From: an uncultured Gemmatimonadaceae bacterium
GTDB taxonomy: Bacteria; Gemmatimonadota; Gemmatimonadetes; Gemmatimonadales; Gemmatimonadaceae
Direction: 5' to 3'
Length of the DNA: 64,000 nucleotides
Assembly (NCBI GenBank): GCA_963740355.1
Contig: CAVUDW010000003.1
Coordinates: forward strand, 2,464,001-2,528,000
Part shown: in pieces, positions 49,281 to 58,680 of the stretch
Layout of the letters: every line of letters begins with the position of its first letter
Position numbering within the stretch: position 1 is the first letter of the stretch
The notes under the pieces: generated by a model
What the model saw: the letters and a program-made list of their open reading frames with translations, nothing else
Told to the model about the DNA's origin: nothing
The model's database searches: none
Position numbers and translations under genes: made by a program

Positions 49281-50948
49281 CTATTTCATGTAGTCGAATG
49301 TGAAGCCTGTTCCGACCACGAAGAGCCAACCCGCAGGCTCACGATCGGTCTTGAACCGCCGCACCAGATCGAACCGTGACGCACCGATGTTCGCCGCCGA
49401 ACGAATCGGGGCAGTACGTAACCCGATGCCCGCATCCTTCCCATCGCGGCGCGGCGAGCCGTTGAACCACGCACCACCGGTCTCGGCGAAGAGCGCCACA
49501 CCGGCCGCGAAACTCTTCGCGATCTGCGGAAAGACCGTCCAGCGATACTCGACCACCGAATACCGCTGACGATCGCCCGTGAAGGCGTGCAGCTGGTAGC
49601 CACGCGGACCTCGCGACAATCCGAGGTCGAACTCTTCGCCAGGATATGGATTCTTGTCCCACCCCAGGCTGCTGAACGCCACCAGCAGATGTTGCGGGTG
49701 CGGCTGCAGCGCGACCGTTCCCGACACGACCGCCGTACCGCTGTCGATTGCGCCAGCACTCGCCAGTCCATTCACACGCGCCGTCAGTTGTGCGAAGCCC
49801 TTGGGAAATCGCAGCCCTGTCTGGGCCGAGATCTCCGGCCCCACGTACGACTTGTCGTAGCCAAAGACACTCGGCGCGACCGCGATGCCGAACCGGATCG
49901 TCGAACTGAGATTGACGTCCTCCGGCTGACCGAGCATGCGGTAGTTGCGAGTCAGCAGATAGTTCGCGCGACTCAGTTCGACGAATGGCGTCACCGCGCC
50001 GGTAACCGTGCGACCGATTGCCACCACGGTGTCTCGCCGCGGCGCGAAGTTGTCTCGACGGACCTGCGCGTCGGCGCCAATGCGCACATAGCCGAGCGGT
50101 GACGCACGTACCGCGTGTGAGATGCTCACCTCACCGAGTGTGTAGCGTCGATCCAGTGAATCGACAGCTCGCGGATCACCGTTGCGGAAGCGCAGGACAC
50201 GTCCGTCCGATGTCACGAATCCGATGCGGGCGGCGTTACGGGACGAGAGCGAGAAATACGGCTGCTCGACGACCGCGCCCGCACTGCTGCCGTCGGAGAG
50301 CCGATTGACGAAGAAGGCAGTCGAGATGCGATTGGAGAAGATGCGTGGTGCACCGAACGCGAGCCGCATCAACGAGCGATCGGGATCCTGCACGAACCGC
50401 GCGTCGAGCGTGGCAGCGAGACCGAGGAAGTTCGTCTCCAGCATGCCGATGCTGTAGAGCTTTTGCCGGCCCGTGCTGCGGTAGGTGGCGTACGGCTTGG
50501 TCGTCCAGCCGTCGCGCGTCGTCACGCGCAGTGTGGTGCGATCGGCGCTGGTATCGACCACCACATCGCGAAACACCTGCAGGCGGCGGAGGTTGCGTCC
50601 CGTCTCCGCCGCACGCGCCGAGTCGAGCGGATCGCCGGGGTGCAGCAACAGTTCACGTTCGACGACGGTGTTCAACGTGCGCACGTGCAGCTTGTTCGCG
50701 AGGCGCGTGTACCAGGAGGTCGCGTCGGTCGAGTCGAAGATGTCGTGACGAACGATGATCACCCGTCGCAGGCGGGGTCCTGAATCGACTGCCGCCTGCG
50801 CGGATGCTTGAGACACTGCCTGCGCGTGCACGGCGACAGGCAGCGCCACCGTGCAGGCGACGAGCATCGCGCGGACCAGCGGCACATGCGACGGCTGCGA
50901 CGGCAGCAAGGAACGAAGCGACGGTCTGGGCGAACGAATCGGCAGCAA
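49281..50948 (-). CDS. Omp85/BamA-TamA-like outer-membrane protein (POTRA plus beta-barrel); start uncertain
   Basis: T...VVERELL..PGD.....AETGRNLRRL..F POTRA pattern; PRGY..H.F.G lid motif; aromatic C-terminal strand. Confidence 0.75.
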   Translation of the reverse strand: MLPIRSPRPSLRSLLPSQPSHVPLVRAMLVACTVALPVAVHAQAVSQASAQAAVDSGPRLRRVIIVRHDIFDSTDATSWYTRLANKLHVRTLNTVVERELLLHPGDPLDSARAAETGRNLRRLQVFRDVVVDTSADRTTLRVTTRDGWTTKPYATYRSTGRQKLYSIGMLETNFLGLAATLDARFVQDPDRSLMRLAFGAPRIFSNRISTAFFVNRLSDGSSAGAVVEQPYFSLSSRNAARIGFVTSDGRVLRFRNGDPRAVDSLDRRYTLGEVSISHAVRASPLGYVRIGADAQVRRDNFAPRRDTVVAIGRTVTGAVTPFVELSRANYLLTRNYRMLGQPEDVNLSSTIRFGIAVAPSVFGYDKSYVGPEISAQTGLRFPKGFAQLTARVNGLASAGAIDSGTAVVSGTVALQPHPQHLLVAFSSLGWDKNPYPGEEFDLGLSRGPRGYQLHAFTGDRQRYSVVEYRWTVFPQIAKSFAAGVALFAETGGAWFNGSPRRDGKDAGIGLRTAPIRSAANIGASRFDLVRRFKTDREPAGWLFVVGTGFTFDYMK

Positions 50949-51157
50949 CGGATCGGGGAAAACGTGAGAGAACGGGACCTGCCCGCGCTCTGCGGTCAGT
51001 TCTAGCCGACGACCAAATCAGGACTGGCGTCAGCGGGTGAACAAGGCGAACGAGCGGGCCACGCGAAACGGGCGTCCGCGTCGGGGAGCGAAACCAGCCC
51101 TGCAACCCTCGCGTACCCCCTCGTGTCGTATAGCGCCACCACACACTGGAGTTCCCG

Positions 51158-52105
51158 ATGACGTCGCTCTCCCGCATCACCCGCCGGTTCACCTTCGGCC
51201 TGTCGATCGGCGCCCTCGCCGCGGCTTCGCTCAACGTCGGATCACTCGGTGCCCAGGTCGTGGGCCGTTCCGAGTCCACCTGGACGCTGCGCGAGCGTCT
51301 CTCGAGTGGCGACCGGCTCCGTCTCGTCTCGCCGAATGGTGCGATCACCATCGCCCAGGGCGGTGGGTCCGAGGTCGAGATCCGCGCCGAGAAGCGCGCC
51401 GACCGAGGTGCGCGGGTCGAGGACATCGGGTTCGTGGTGCGGAAGACCGCTCGGGGTCTCACGGTCTGCGCCGTCTACGATGACGAAGACGAGTGTGATG
51501 CCGAGGACGGCCAGTCGCGCCGCCGCAATCGCCGCAATCGCGATGGCTGGAACAGCCCGCGCGCCAGCTTCATCGTGCGTATCCCCGCCGGCGTGCTGGT
51601 GAAGGCGACGACCGGCAATGGTGATGTCTCGATCACCGGCGCTGGCAGCGAGGTGATCGCGCACACCGGCAACGGTCGAGTACTGGTCTCCGGCACCGGC
51701 GGCAGCGTGCAGGCGCATACTGGCAACGGCAAGGTGACGGTCGAAGATGCACGCGGCCCCGTCGAGGCGACCACCGGCAACGGTGACGTCCGCGTCGCCA
51801 CCAGCATTGGTCCAGTGACTGCGACCAGCGGCAATGGCGACATCGATGTCACCATGGACCGTATCGAGCGCGCCGAAGCGATGAAGTTCCACACCGGCAG
51901 CGGTCGCATCACGGTCGCGTTGCCGTCGGGTTACAACGCCGACCTCGAAGCCTCCTCGGGCAACGGCACGATCTCCAGCGACCTCCCCGTCCGCATCGAA
52001 GGCCGCCTCTCCCCGCGCCGCATGCGCGGCACCATCGGCTCCGGCGGCGACCTCATGGAGCTCTCCACTGGCAACGGCGACATCGAGATTCGGAAGTCTC
52101 GATAA
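51158..52105 (+). CDS. DUF4097-like beta-strand repeat (putative adhesin) protein
   Basis: Signal peptide; repeated (T/S)GNG(D/R/K)(V/I) units. Confidence 0.8.
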   Translation: MTSLSRITRRFTFGLSIGALAAASLNVGSLGAQVVGRSESTWTLRERLSSGDRLRLVSPNGAITIAQGGGSEVEIRAEKRADRGARVEDIGFVVRKTARGLTVCAVYDDEDECDAEDGQSRRRNRRNRDGWNSPRASFIVRIPAGVLVKATTGNGDVSITGAGSEVIAHTGNGRVLVSGTGGSVQAHTGNGKVTVEDARGPVEATTGNGDVRVATSIGPVTATSGNGDIDVTMDRIERAEAMKFHTGSGRITVALPSGYNADLEASSGNGTISSDLPVRIEGRLSPRRMRGTIGSGGDLMELSTGNGDIEIRKSR

Positions 52106-52109
52106 GTTG

Positions 52110-52203
52110 ACAGCGAATCGCAGCCTAGATCTGGCAGTTTTGCGGCCGTCGCTGTTCCCTGCGGCAGGTGCAGTACCCTGAGCAGTTTTGCGTCACGGCA
52201 GTT
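52110..52203. repeat. Truncated family 1 element
   Basis: acagcgaatcgcag followed by a T-rich arm that is the near reverse complement of 53569..53639. Confidence 0.75.
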
Positions 52204-52208
52204 ACGAA

Positions 52209-53534
52209 CTACTTGACCAAGATGATCCGCTGATTGATCGGATACGGCCATTCGACGCCACGGGATGTGATGGTGGCGTCGTCTTCGAGGGGGATGCGCA
52301 ACTTCTTGCCGCCCCATTCGGGGATCGGTGTGTAGGCGAAGAGTTCGATCGAGAAGAGATTGCCGCTGCGCATCTCGTAGGTCAGCCGGCCGGGATTGAA
52401 GAACGCCATCGATGGCCCGATGCCGTGGCCCCAGTCGCCGACGCTGTGGCAGCCGATGATGAACTCGACGCTGGAGTCGGCGCGCGGTTGGTTGAAGCCA
52501 CGCATCTGCAGGATGCCGGCGCGGACGATGGCTGCGTTGATCGTATCCATCATCACTTGTGCCGTGCGACCAGGGCGAGCGGTGCGATGGATCACGTCGC
52601 GCACGCGCACGGCGTTGTCGAAAGCACGCTGGTAACTCTCGGGCAACTTCGTTTCGCCCGGCTTCAGCACGTACGCAATGCGCTTTTGGTCGGTCCACAT
52701 CGTGAGGTAGCCGACGCCGAAGTCGAGCATGATCAGGTCGCCGCGCTGGATGATGCGGTCGTTGCTGGTGGCTTCGATGCCATTCGGGCCGGTGATGTAG
52801 ACCGACGGCACACCGAATGAACTGCCGAGGTGGTGCTCGTATTGCTGCTGCTCGATCCACCACGCCACATCGGCCAGTGTCGTCACCCCTGGGGTGATGA
52901 CCTCATTCGACAGCGCACGCTCGGCGATCTGCCGGCCCATCTCGCCAGCTTCACCGAAGGCGACGATCTCGCTGGCGGTACGGCGTGACGAGAAATCGCT
53001 GACCATCTTTTCGCCGCTCACCAATCGCGCCGCGAACTGGGGGCCAAGCGTCTTCACGATCTGGTCGTGGATCGTCTTCGTCAGGCCGTCGGCCAGGCCC
53101 ATCTCGGTCGACGTATTGATCGCGATCCGCTTCGGATTCCGCGCCTGGACGAACTTCAGCAGGTCGGTGTCACCGTCGGGGATGTCGTATGCGCCGCACA
53201 GTTCCCGGTGATGATCCTCGATCCCCAGCGCCGCCCGCTCGATGCGATCGCCGCCGCGATCCGTGAACACGAAATACCCTACGGTGCCCGTGTACCCGCC
53301 GCCCAGCAACGCCGCCAGCGGATCATCGTGCCCTTCCTTCTGCGCCACGATCCACATGTCGACCCCATTCTCCCGCATCGCCTCGGGCAGGATGTGATCG
53401 AATTTTTCCTTGCGCATCTGGCACATCCGATCCCACCGCACCTTCACCTCCGGCAACACTGCTCTCTGCGCACCTACGCTCAGGGTCAGTGTTAACGTGG
53501 CGATCAGCATCGTTGCAGTGCGCTTTGTCATCAT
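52209..53534 (-). CDS. M24 family (Xaa-Pro aminopeptidase-like) metallopeptidase, exported
   Basis: Signal peptide; GDLIMLDFG, TDQKR, H..G..GH..GP, SIE and LEDD motifs; ORF extension to 53879 is repeat DNA. Confidence 0.85.
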   Translation of the reverse strand: MMTKRTATMLIATLTLTLSVGAQRAVLPEVKVRWDRMCQMRKEKFDHILPEAMRENGVDMWIVAQKEGHDDPLAALLGGGYTGTVGYFVFTDRGGDRIERAALGIEDHHRELCGAYDIPDGDTDLLKFVQARNPKRIAINTSTEMGLADGLTKTIHDQIVKTLGPQFAARLVSGEKMVSDFSSRRTASEIVAFGEAGEMGRQIAERALSNEVITPGVTTLADVAWWIEQQQYEHHLGSSFGVPSVYITGPNGIEATSNDRIIQRGDLIMLDFGVGYLTMWTDQKRIAYVLKPGETKLPESYQRAFDNAVRVRDVIHRTARPGRTAQVMMDTINAAIVRAGILQMRGFNQPRADSSVEFIIGCHSVGDWGHGIGPSMAFFNPGRLTYEMRSGNLFSIELFAYTPIPEWGGKKLRIPLEDDATITSRGVEWPYPINQRIILVK

Positions 53535-53560
53535 TTTCGTCGGTGTCGTGGAAGGTCTTG

Positions 53561-54069
53561 AACTGCAAAACTGCCTTGACGCAAAACTGCTCAGGGGTAC
53601 TGCAACATTCGCAGGGAAAGGCGGCTGCCGCAAAACGGCAACAGCGAATCGCAGAGGCGCAAAGGCGCAGAGAACTGCAACTGCTGAACTGCAACTGCTG
53701 AACTGCCTTAACGCAGAACAGCTGAACTGCGATACTGCAACTGCCGCAGAACAGAACAGCCGCAGAACGGCAAGGGCAACTGCAACTGCTTTGGGAAAGG
53801 GCCTTGGAAGCGGAAGGTCGGTGGGCGAGCAGTTCCCACAAGAAATCAGGCTCTCGTGCCTATCGATCATCCGCTTCACGCGCGCAGTTTTGCGGCCGTA
53901 GGCAGTCTTGCGGCTGTTGCTGTATCCGTAAGCAGTTTTTGCGTCAAGGCAGTTCGCAGTTGCTCTGGCAGTTCTGCGGCAGTTCTGTTCTGCGGCTGTT
54001 CACTTCTGCGTTAAAGCAGTTGCAGTTCTCTGCGTCCCTATGCGCCTCTGCGTCTCTGCGATACGCTGT
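53561..54069. repeat. Family 1 bipartite inverted-repeat element
   Basis: A-rich arm 53561..53790, core on the plus strand at 53782..53850, T-rich arm 53884..54069 abutting the S9 stop. Confidence 0.9.
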
Positions 54070-55098
54070 TCAGGTTCCGGGCCGAAGATACTTGGCAAGG
54101 AACGCCCAGATTTCTTTTCGTGACTCGCGTGCAAGTCGAGTATCGATGCGATTGAATTCGTGGCCGCCGGGAGCTGCCTGGTAGACCTTGTATTCGAACT
54201 GCTTCCCCGCCGCCTTCAGCGCTTCGATCAGGTGTTCCACTTCCATCACGTTCACATCTTCGTCGATGGTGTTGGTGTGGACGAGCAGTGGGATGCGGAG
54301 TTTGGTGACGGAGTTGACCGGGCTGCGGCGACGGTATTCGTCGGGGTTGTCGACGGCGCTCTTGCCGATGAACTGGGTGAACGTTTCCTGGTAGCCAGGG
54401 CCTTTGTAGCCCATGCGCTGGATCAGGTCACTCACCGGCACGCCGGCGTAGGCGACCTTGTAGGCGTCGGGGTAGTTGAAGGCCTGGAACAGCGTCAGGT
54501 AGCCACCGTGGCTCCAGCCGAGCACACCGACGCGGGCGGCATCGACATTGGGGAGGTTCTCCACTGCCCAGTCGCGCGCAGCCTTCACGTCGTCGATCTC
54601 GCCACCACCGTAGTCGATCGCGTTGTACAGCTCCGAGCCGTAGCCCGTGCTGCCGCGATACTCCGGCGCCACCACCACGTAGCCCTGTTCGAGCAGTTCG
54701 CGCAGGATGTGTGAGTAGTAGCGATCGAACGAACCGTGCACGTAGCCGTGGATCAGGATCAGCAGCGGCGCCTTCTTCGTGCCCACGGACTTCGGCACGA
54801 ACGAATAGACCGGGAAACGCAGCGGTGTCCCCGATCCCTGCCCCGTCGGATTGTTGTTCCGCGCTGGCACCGGACTGGTGATCCACCACTTGTCCATCAC
54901 CGCGATGTCCTCCGTGCGTGCCCGCCACTCGAGGTCATCGACCTTCTTCTCCAACACCTCCATCTGCCGTGCCGAACCCTGCGCGATCTGCCGCGCCTGT
55001 GCCTCTGCGCTCGCCGGCGGCCCACCGCCGCCCTGCGCTCCCGCGCCCTCCGAGTACAACAGAACCGCACCAAGGAGCAACGACAATTTCAAGCGCAT
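54070..55098 (-). CDS. S9 family (prolyl oligopeptidase-like) serine peptidase, exported
   Basis: Signal peptide; LIHG, PEYRGSTGYG and GWSHGG motifs; catalytic Asp (DEDV) and His (GGHEF). Confidence 0.9.
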   Translation of the reverse strand: MRLKLSLLLGAVLLYSEGAGAQGGGGPPASAEAQARQIAQGSARQMEVLEKKVDDLEWRARTEDIAVMDKWWITSPVPARNNNPTGQGSGTPLRFPVYSFVPKSVGTKKAPLLILIHGYVHGSFDRYYSHILRELLEQGYVVVAPEYRGSTGYGSELYNAIDYGGGEIDDVKAARDWAVENLPNVDAARVGVLGWSHGGYLTLFQAFNYPDAYKVAYAGVPVSDLIQRMGYKGPGYQETFTQFIGKSAVDNPDEYRRRSPVNSVTKLRIPLLVHTNTIDEDVNVMEVEHLIEALKAAGKQFEYKVYQAAPGGHEFNRIDTRLARESRKEIWAFLAKYLRPGT

Positions 55099-55251
55099 GG
55101 ATTTGGCTGGCAAAGGCGAGACGAAATGGCGACCCACCATTCTCGCCACGCGCTGCGCGCCGCGAAAGCCTCTCTCCGATCACACATCCCTCCTACGCCT
55201 CGAACTTGGTTGCCCTTCAATCGCGCTCCGGACCTAGGCCGCACATGCTCG

Positions 55252-55612
55252 CTCGCGGCGACGCTGCGCTTTCGCCCTGCGGTCCACACTCCCTCACGCG
55301 GAGCCGCGGGGGACGCGGAGACGCGGGGGACAGCATCGGACGCCTATGGCGGCGGAGGGGTCAAGAGCGGAACAAGAGCAACAGCTCTTTAGGGGTTGGA
55401 TGCGCTCGCGACCTTCATGCCCACAGCCTGTGCAGTTCCCCAACAAAGCAGAGTTTCCGAGCGCCACGCGAACTCCCCTCCGCTGACGAGGAAGAATCAG
55501 CAACCACCTTGGCGAAAGGCGGGTTGCACGAACGCCGGGCGAAAGCGCAGCGTCGCCCCACAGGCCGTTGCTCTCCTCCGCGTCTCCGCGTCCCCCGCGG
55601 CTCCGCGTGAGG
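55252..55612. repeat. Family 2 REP-like inverted pair (REPIN-like)
   Basis: gcgacgctgcgctttcgccc..cggtccacactccctcacgcggagccgcgggggacgcggagacgcgg and inverted ggcgaaagcgcagcgtcgc..ctccgcgtctccgcgtcccccgcggctccgcgtgagg. Confidence 0.88.
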
Positions 55613-55864
55613 AAGTGCAGACCAGCAGGCGACGGATACGGAGCATCAGCAGCGCGGAGTTCCGGCAGTGCGTGCTGGAGGTTCCTCGTTGAGGTTCGCC
55701 AAGGCTGTTCGCGTCACCATCGCTCTTTCGATGTCGCAGGAACGAGCCACCCTTGCGCGCCAGTGACAGTCTTGAAATGAGCCAGATCAATTGACGCGCT
55801 GGGTTCAGTGGATTGATTCAGGGCAGGAGAGGGTTTCCACGACGCCGACCGACGCTGGCCCTGC

Positions 55865-58342
55865 ATGGATGCTACCGACCGACCAGCAAGCGATGTGATG
55901 CCTGCCGCGCATCTCGCGCTCGCAAACCAGATGGCCCTGCTCGAAACGGTCTTCGAGCGCGCGCCCGTCGGTCTCGGCGTGGTCGATTGCGACTTCCGCT
56001 ACCTGCACGTCAACAGCGCGCTCGCCGCCATCAATGGGCTGCCAGCCGCCGACCACATCGGGCGCCGGCCGAGCGAAGTCGTGCCGAAGCTCTGGCCGCA
56101 GATCCAGGCCGTATACAACGCCGTGCTGCGCGGCGAGACCGTCGTCAATCACGAGATCAGCGGTGTCATCGAAGCCGGGCCCGGCGGAAGGGAAACCCGG
56201 CACTGGCTCACCAGCTACTACCCCGTCCGGCAGGGCAACGCAATCATCGGGATCGGCATCGTCGTCAATGATGTGACCGAGATGCGTCGCTACCGCGATG
56301 CCCTGCGGATCCGGACCGATCTCTACGCCATGATCTCGCGCACCAGTCGCGCGGCCGTCGAACGACAGACGCCACTCGAGCTGTACGAGGACATCTGTCG
56401 CGTCGCCGTCGAGACTGGCCACTTCCGCTTCGCCTGGATCGGTGTGCCGGATGGTGATCGCGTAAGCATGATCGCGTCGGCCGGTGACGATCATGGGTAC
56501 ATGTCGGAGCTCGTCATCACACTCGACGAAAACGACCCACGGTCGCATGGTCCCACCGGCACTGCGGCGCGCACCGGCACGTCGTCGGTCGTGAATGTGT
56601 TCCATGCCGAAGATTCAACGCGGCCGTGGCACGACCTCGCCGAAGGCGCTGGCTTTGCGGCATCGGCCGCGTTCCCGCTGTTCGAACGCGGGAAGGTCGC
56701 ATCAGTCATCACGCTCTATGCGTCAACCGCCGGGTTCTTCACCCAGGAGCTCCTCGATACACTGGGCGAGATCAGCCCGATCGTGTCCTTCGGCCTCGAC
56801 TCGATGGCGGCCGAAGCCGCGAAGCGTCGGGACGATGCAGAGCTGCGGTTGCGCGACCGTGTGATCCGCGCCGTCTCATCCGGGATCTGCATCACCGACC
56901 CGACGCAGCGCGACAACCCGATGATCTTCGTCAGTCCCGGCTTCGAAAAGTTGACCGGCTACTCAGCAGCGGAAGTCATCGGACATAACTGTCGTTTGTT
57001 GCAGGGCCCGCAGACCGACGCCGAGGATGTCGCGAAGATTCGTGAGGCGGTGCGGGCCGGGCGTGGGTGCACGGTCGAATTGATGAACTACAAGAAGGAT
57101 GGCACGCCGTTCTGGAACGAGCTCACCATCTCGCCGGTCGCCGACGAACATGGCACGCTGACACACTTTGTCGGCGTGCAGTCCGATGTCACGGAACGCC
57201 GCGCGCTCGAAGCGCAGATGCGTCAGTCGCAGAAGATGGAAGCCGTCGGCCAACTCGCCAGCGGGGTCGCACACGACTTCAACAACCTGCTCACCGTCAT
57301 CGATGTCTGCAGCGAGATGCTGGCGCGCATGCTGCAGAAGCAGCCTGACGCCCTCGAGCTCTGCGTCGAGGTGCAGAAGGCTGGTGAACGTGCCGGCACG
57401 CTGACACGGCAATTGCTCACCTTCAGCCGCAAGCAGGTCGTTGCGCCACGCATTGTCGATGTGAACCTGTTGGTGCGCGATAGCGAGAAGATGCTGCGCC
57501 GCCTGATCGGTGAGCACATCCTGCTCGCGATCAAGCTCGGGCCGACGGTGGGTTCAGTGGTGGTCGATCCAGGCCAGCTTGAGCAGGTGCTGGTGAACCT
57601 CGCCGTCAATGCGCGAGACGCCATGCCGACCGGCGGACGTCTGGCGGTCACCACCAGCAATGTGTCACTCGACGAGGCGCTTGGCCCGCTCGATCCCGGC
57701 CAGTACATCATGCTCGAGGTGAGCGATACCGGCAACGGCATGGACTCGGCGATTCTCTCGCAGATATTCGAGCCGTTCTTCACCACCAAGCCCACCGGTC
57801 ATGGCACGGGCCTGGGCCTCGCCACGGTGCGATCGATCGTTGAACAGGCGCGCGGCCATGTGGTCGTCGAGAGTGCACCAGGACTCGGCACGAAGTTTCG
57901 CGTCTATCTCCCGCGCGACATGACGGAGATGGAAGAGACGACGATCCGTCTCCTACCGGGCAGCATGCCACGCGGCACAGAGACCATTCTCCTGGTCGAG
58001 GATGACGATGCGGTCCGCCTCCTCGGCCAGCGCGCGCTCGCGCAGTGTGGCTACATCGTGCTCCCCGCTGCCGATGGTCACGCCGCGCTCGAATTCGCCC
58101 GCGCCTATCCCAACGACATCGACCTGCTCGTCTCCGACGTCGTGATGCCCCACCTCGGCGGCCGCAAACTCGCCGAAGCCATCGCCAAGATCCGTCCCAG
58201 CACAAAGGTGATGTTCGTCTCCGGCTACACCGACGATCAGGTGCTGCTGCATGGCGTCGTGCACTCCGAAGTCACGATGCTGCAAAAGCCCTACTCCATC
58301 GCGACCCTCGCGCAGACCGTCCGTCGAGTGCTCGATACGTAG
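55865..58342 (+). CDS. Cytoplasmic hybrid histidine kinase PAS-GAF-LOV-HisKA-HATPase-REC (blue-light LOV sensor)
   Basis: DNPMIFVS.GF..LTGY...EVIGHNCRLLQG...NYKKDGTPFWN...FVGVQ LOV signature; GVAHDFNN, NARDAM, FFTTK and GTGLGL; receiver LLVEDD..SDVVMP..KPY. Confidence 0.93.
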   Translation: MDATDRPASDVMPAAHLALANQMALLETVFERAPVGLGVVDCDFRYLHVNSALAAINGLPAADHIGRRPSEVVPKLWPQIQAVYNAVLRGETVVNHEISGVIEAGPGGRETRHWLTSYYPVRQGNAIIGIGIVVNDVTEMRRYRDALRIRTDLYAMISRTSRAAVERQTPLELYEDICRVAVETGHFRFAWIGVPDGDRVSMIASAGDDHGYMSELVITLDENDPRSHGPTGTAARTGTSSVVNVFHAEDSTRPWHDLAEGAGFAASAAFPLFERGKVASVITLYASTAGFFTQELLDTLGEISPIVSFGLDSMAAEAAKRRDDAELRLRDRVIRAVSSGICITDPTQRDNPMIFVSPGFEKLTGYSAAEVIGHNCRLLQGPQTDAEDVAKIREAVRAGRGCTVELMNYKKDGTPFWNELTISPVADEHGTLTHFVGVQSDVTERRALEAQMRQSQKMEAVGQLASGVAHDFNNLLTVIDVCSEMLARMLQKQPDALELCVEVQKAGERAGTLTRQLLTFSRKQVVAPRIVDVNLLVRDSEKMLRRLIGEHILLAIKLGPTVGSVVVDPGQLEQVLVNLAVNARDAMPTGGRLAVTTSNVSLDEALGPLDPGQYIMLEVSDTGNGMDSAILSQIFEPFFTTKPTGHGTGLGLATVRSIVEQARGHVVVESAPGLGTKFRVYLPRDMTEMEETTIRLLPGSMPRGTETILLVEDDDAVRLLGQRALAQCGYIVLPAADGHAALEFARAYPNDIDLLVSDVVMPHLGGRKLAEAIAKIRPSTKVMFVSGYTDDQVLLHGVVHSEVTMLQKPYSIATLAQTVRRVLDT

Positions 58343-58355
58343 ATCCTTCGTGCTA

Positions 58356-58680
58356 CTGCAAATCGCAGAGACGCAGAGACGCAGAGAACTGCAACTGCCT
58401 TAACGCAGAACAGATGAACAGCGGTACTGCAACTGCCGCAGAACTGAACAGCCGCAGAACTGCAAGGGCAACTGCAACTGCTTTGGTAAAGGGCCTTGGA
58501 AGCGGAAGGTCGGTGGGCGAGTCGTTCCCTCAAAGAATCAGCCGCAACCCTCGACCAACCTTCCAGCATTCACACGCAGTTCTGCGGCTGTTCTGTTCTG
58601 CGGCTGTTCACTTCTGCGTTAAGGTAGTTGCAGTTCTCTGCGTCCCTCTGCGCCTCTGCGTTAAAGCAGTTGCAGTTCTC
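58356..58680. repeat. Family 1 bipartite inverted-repeat element filling a convergent intergenic gap
   Basis: A-rich arm, core on the plus strand at 58474..58541, T-rich arm ending one base before the glycosyltransferase stop. Confidence 0.9.
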
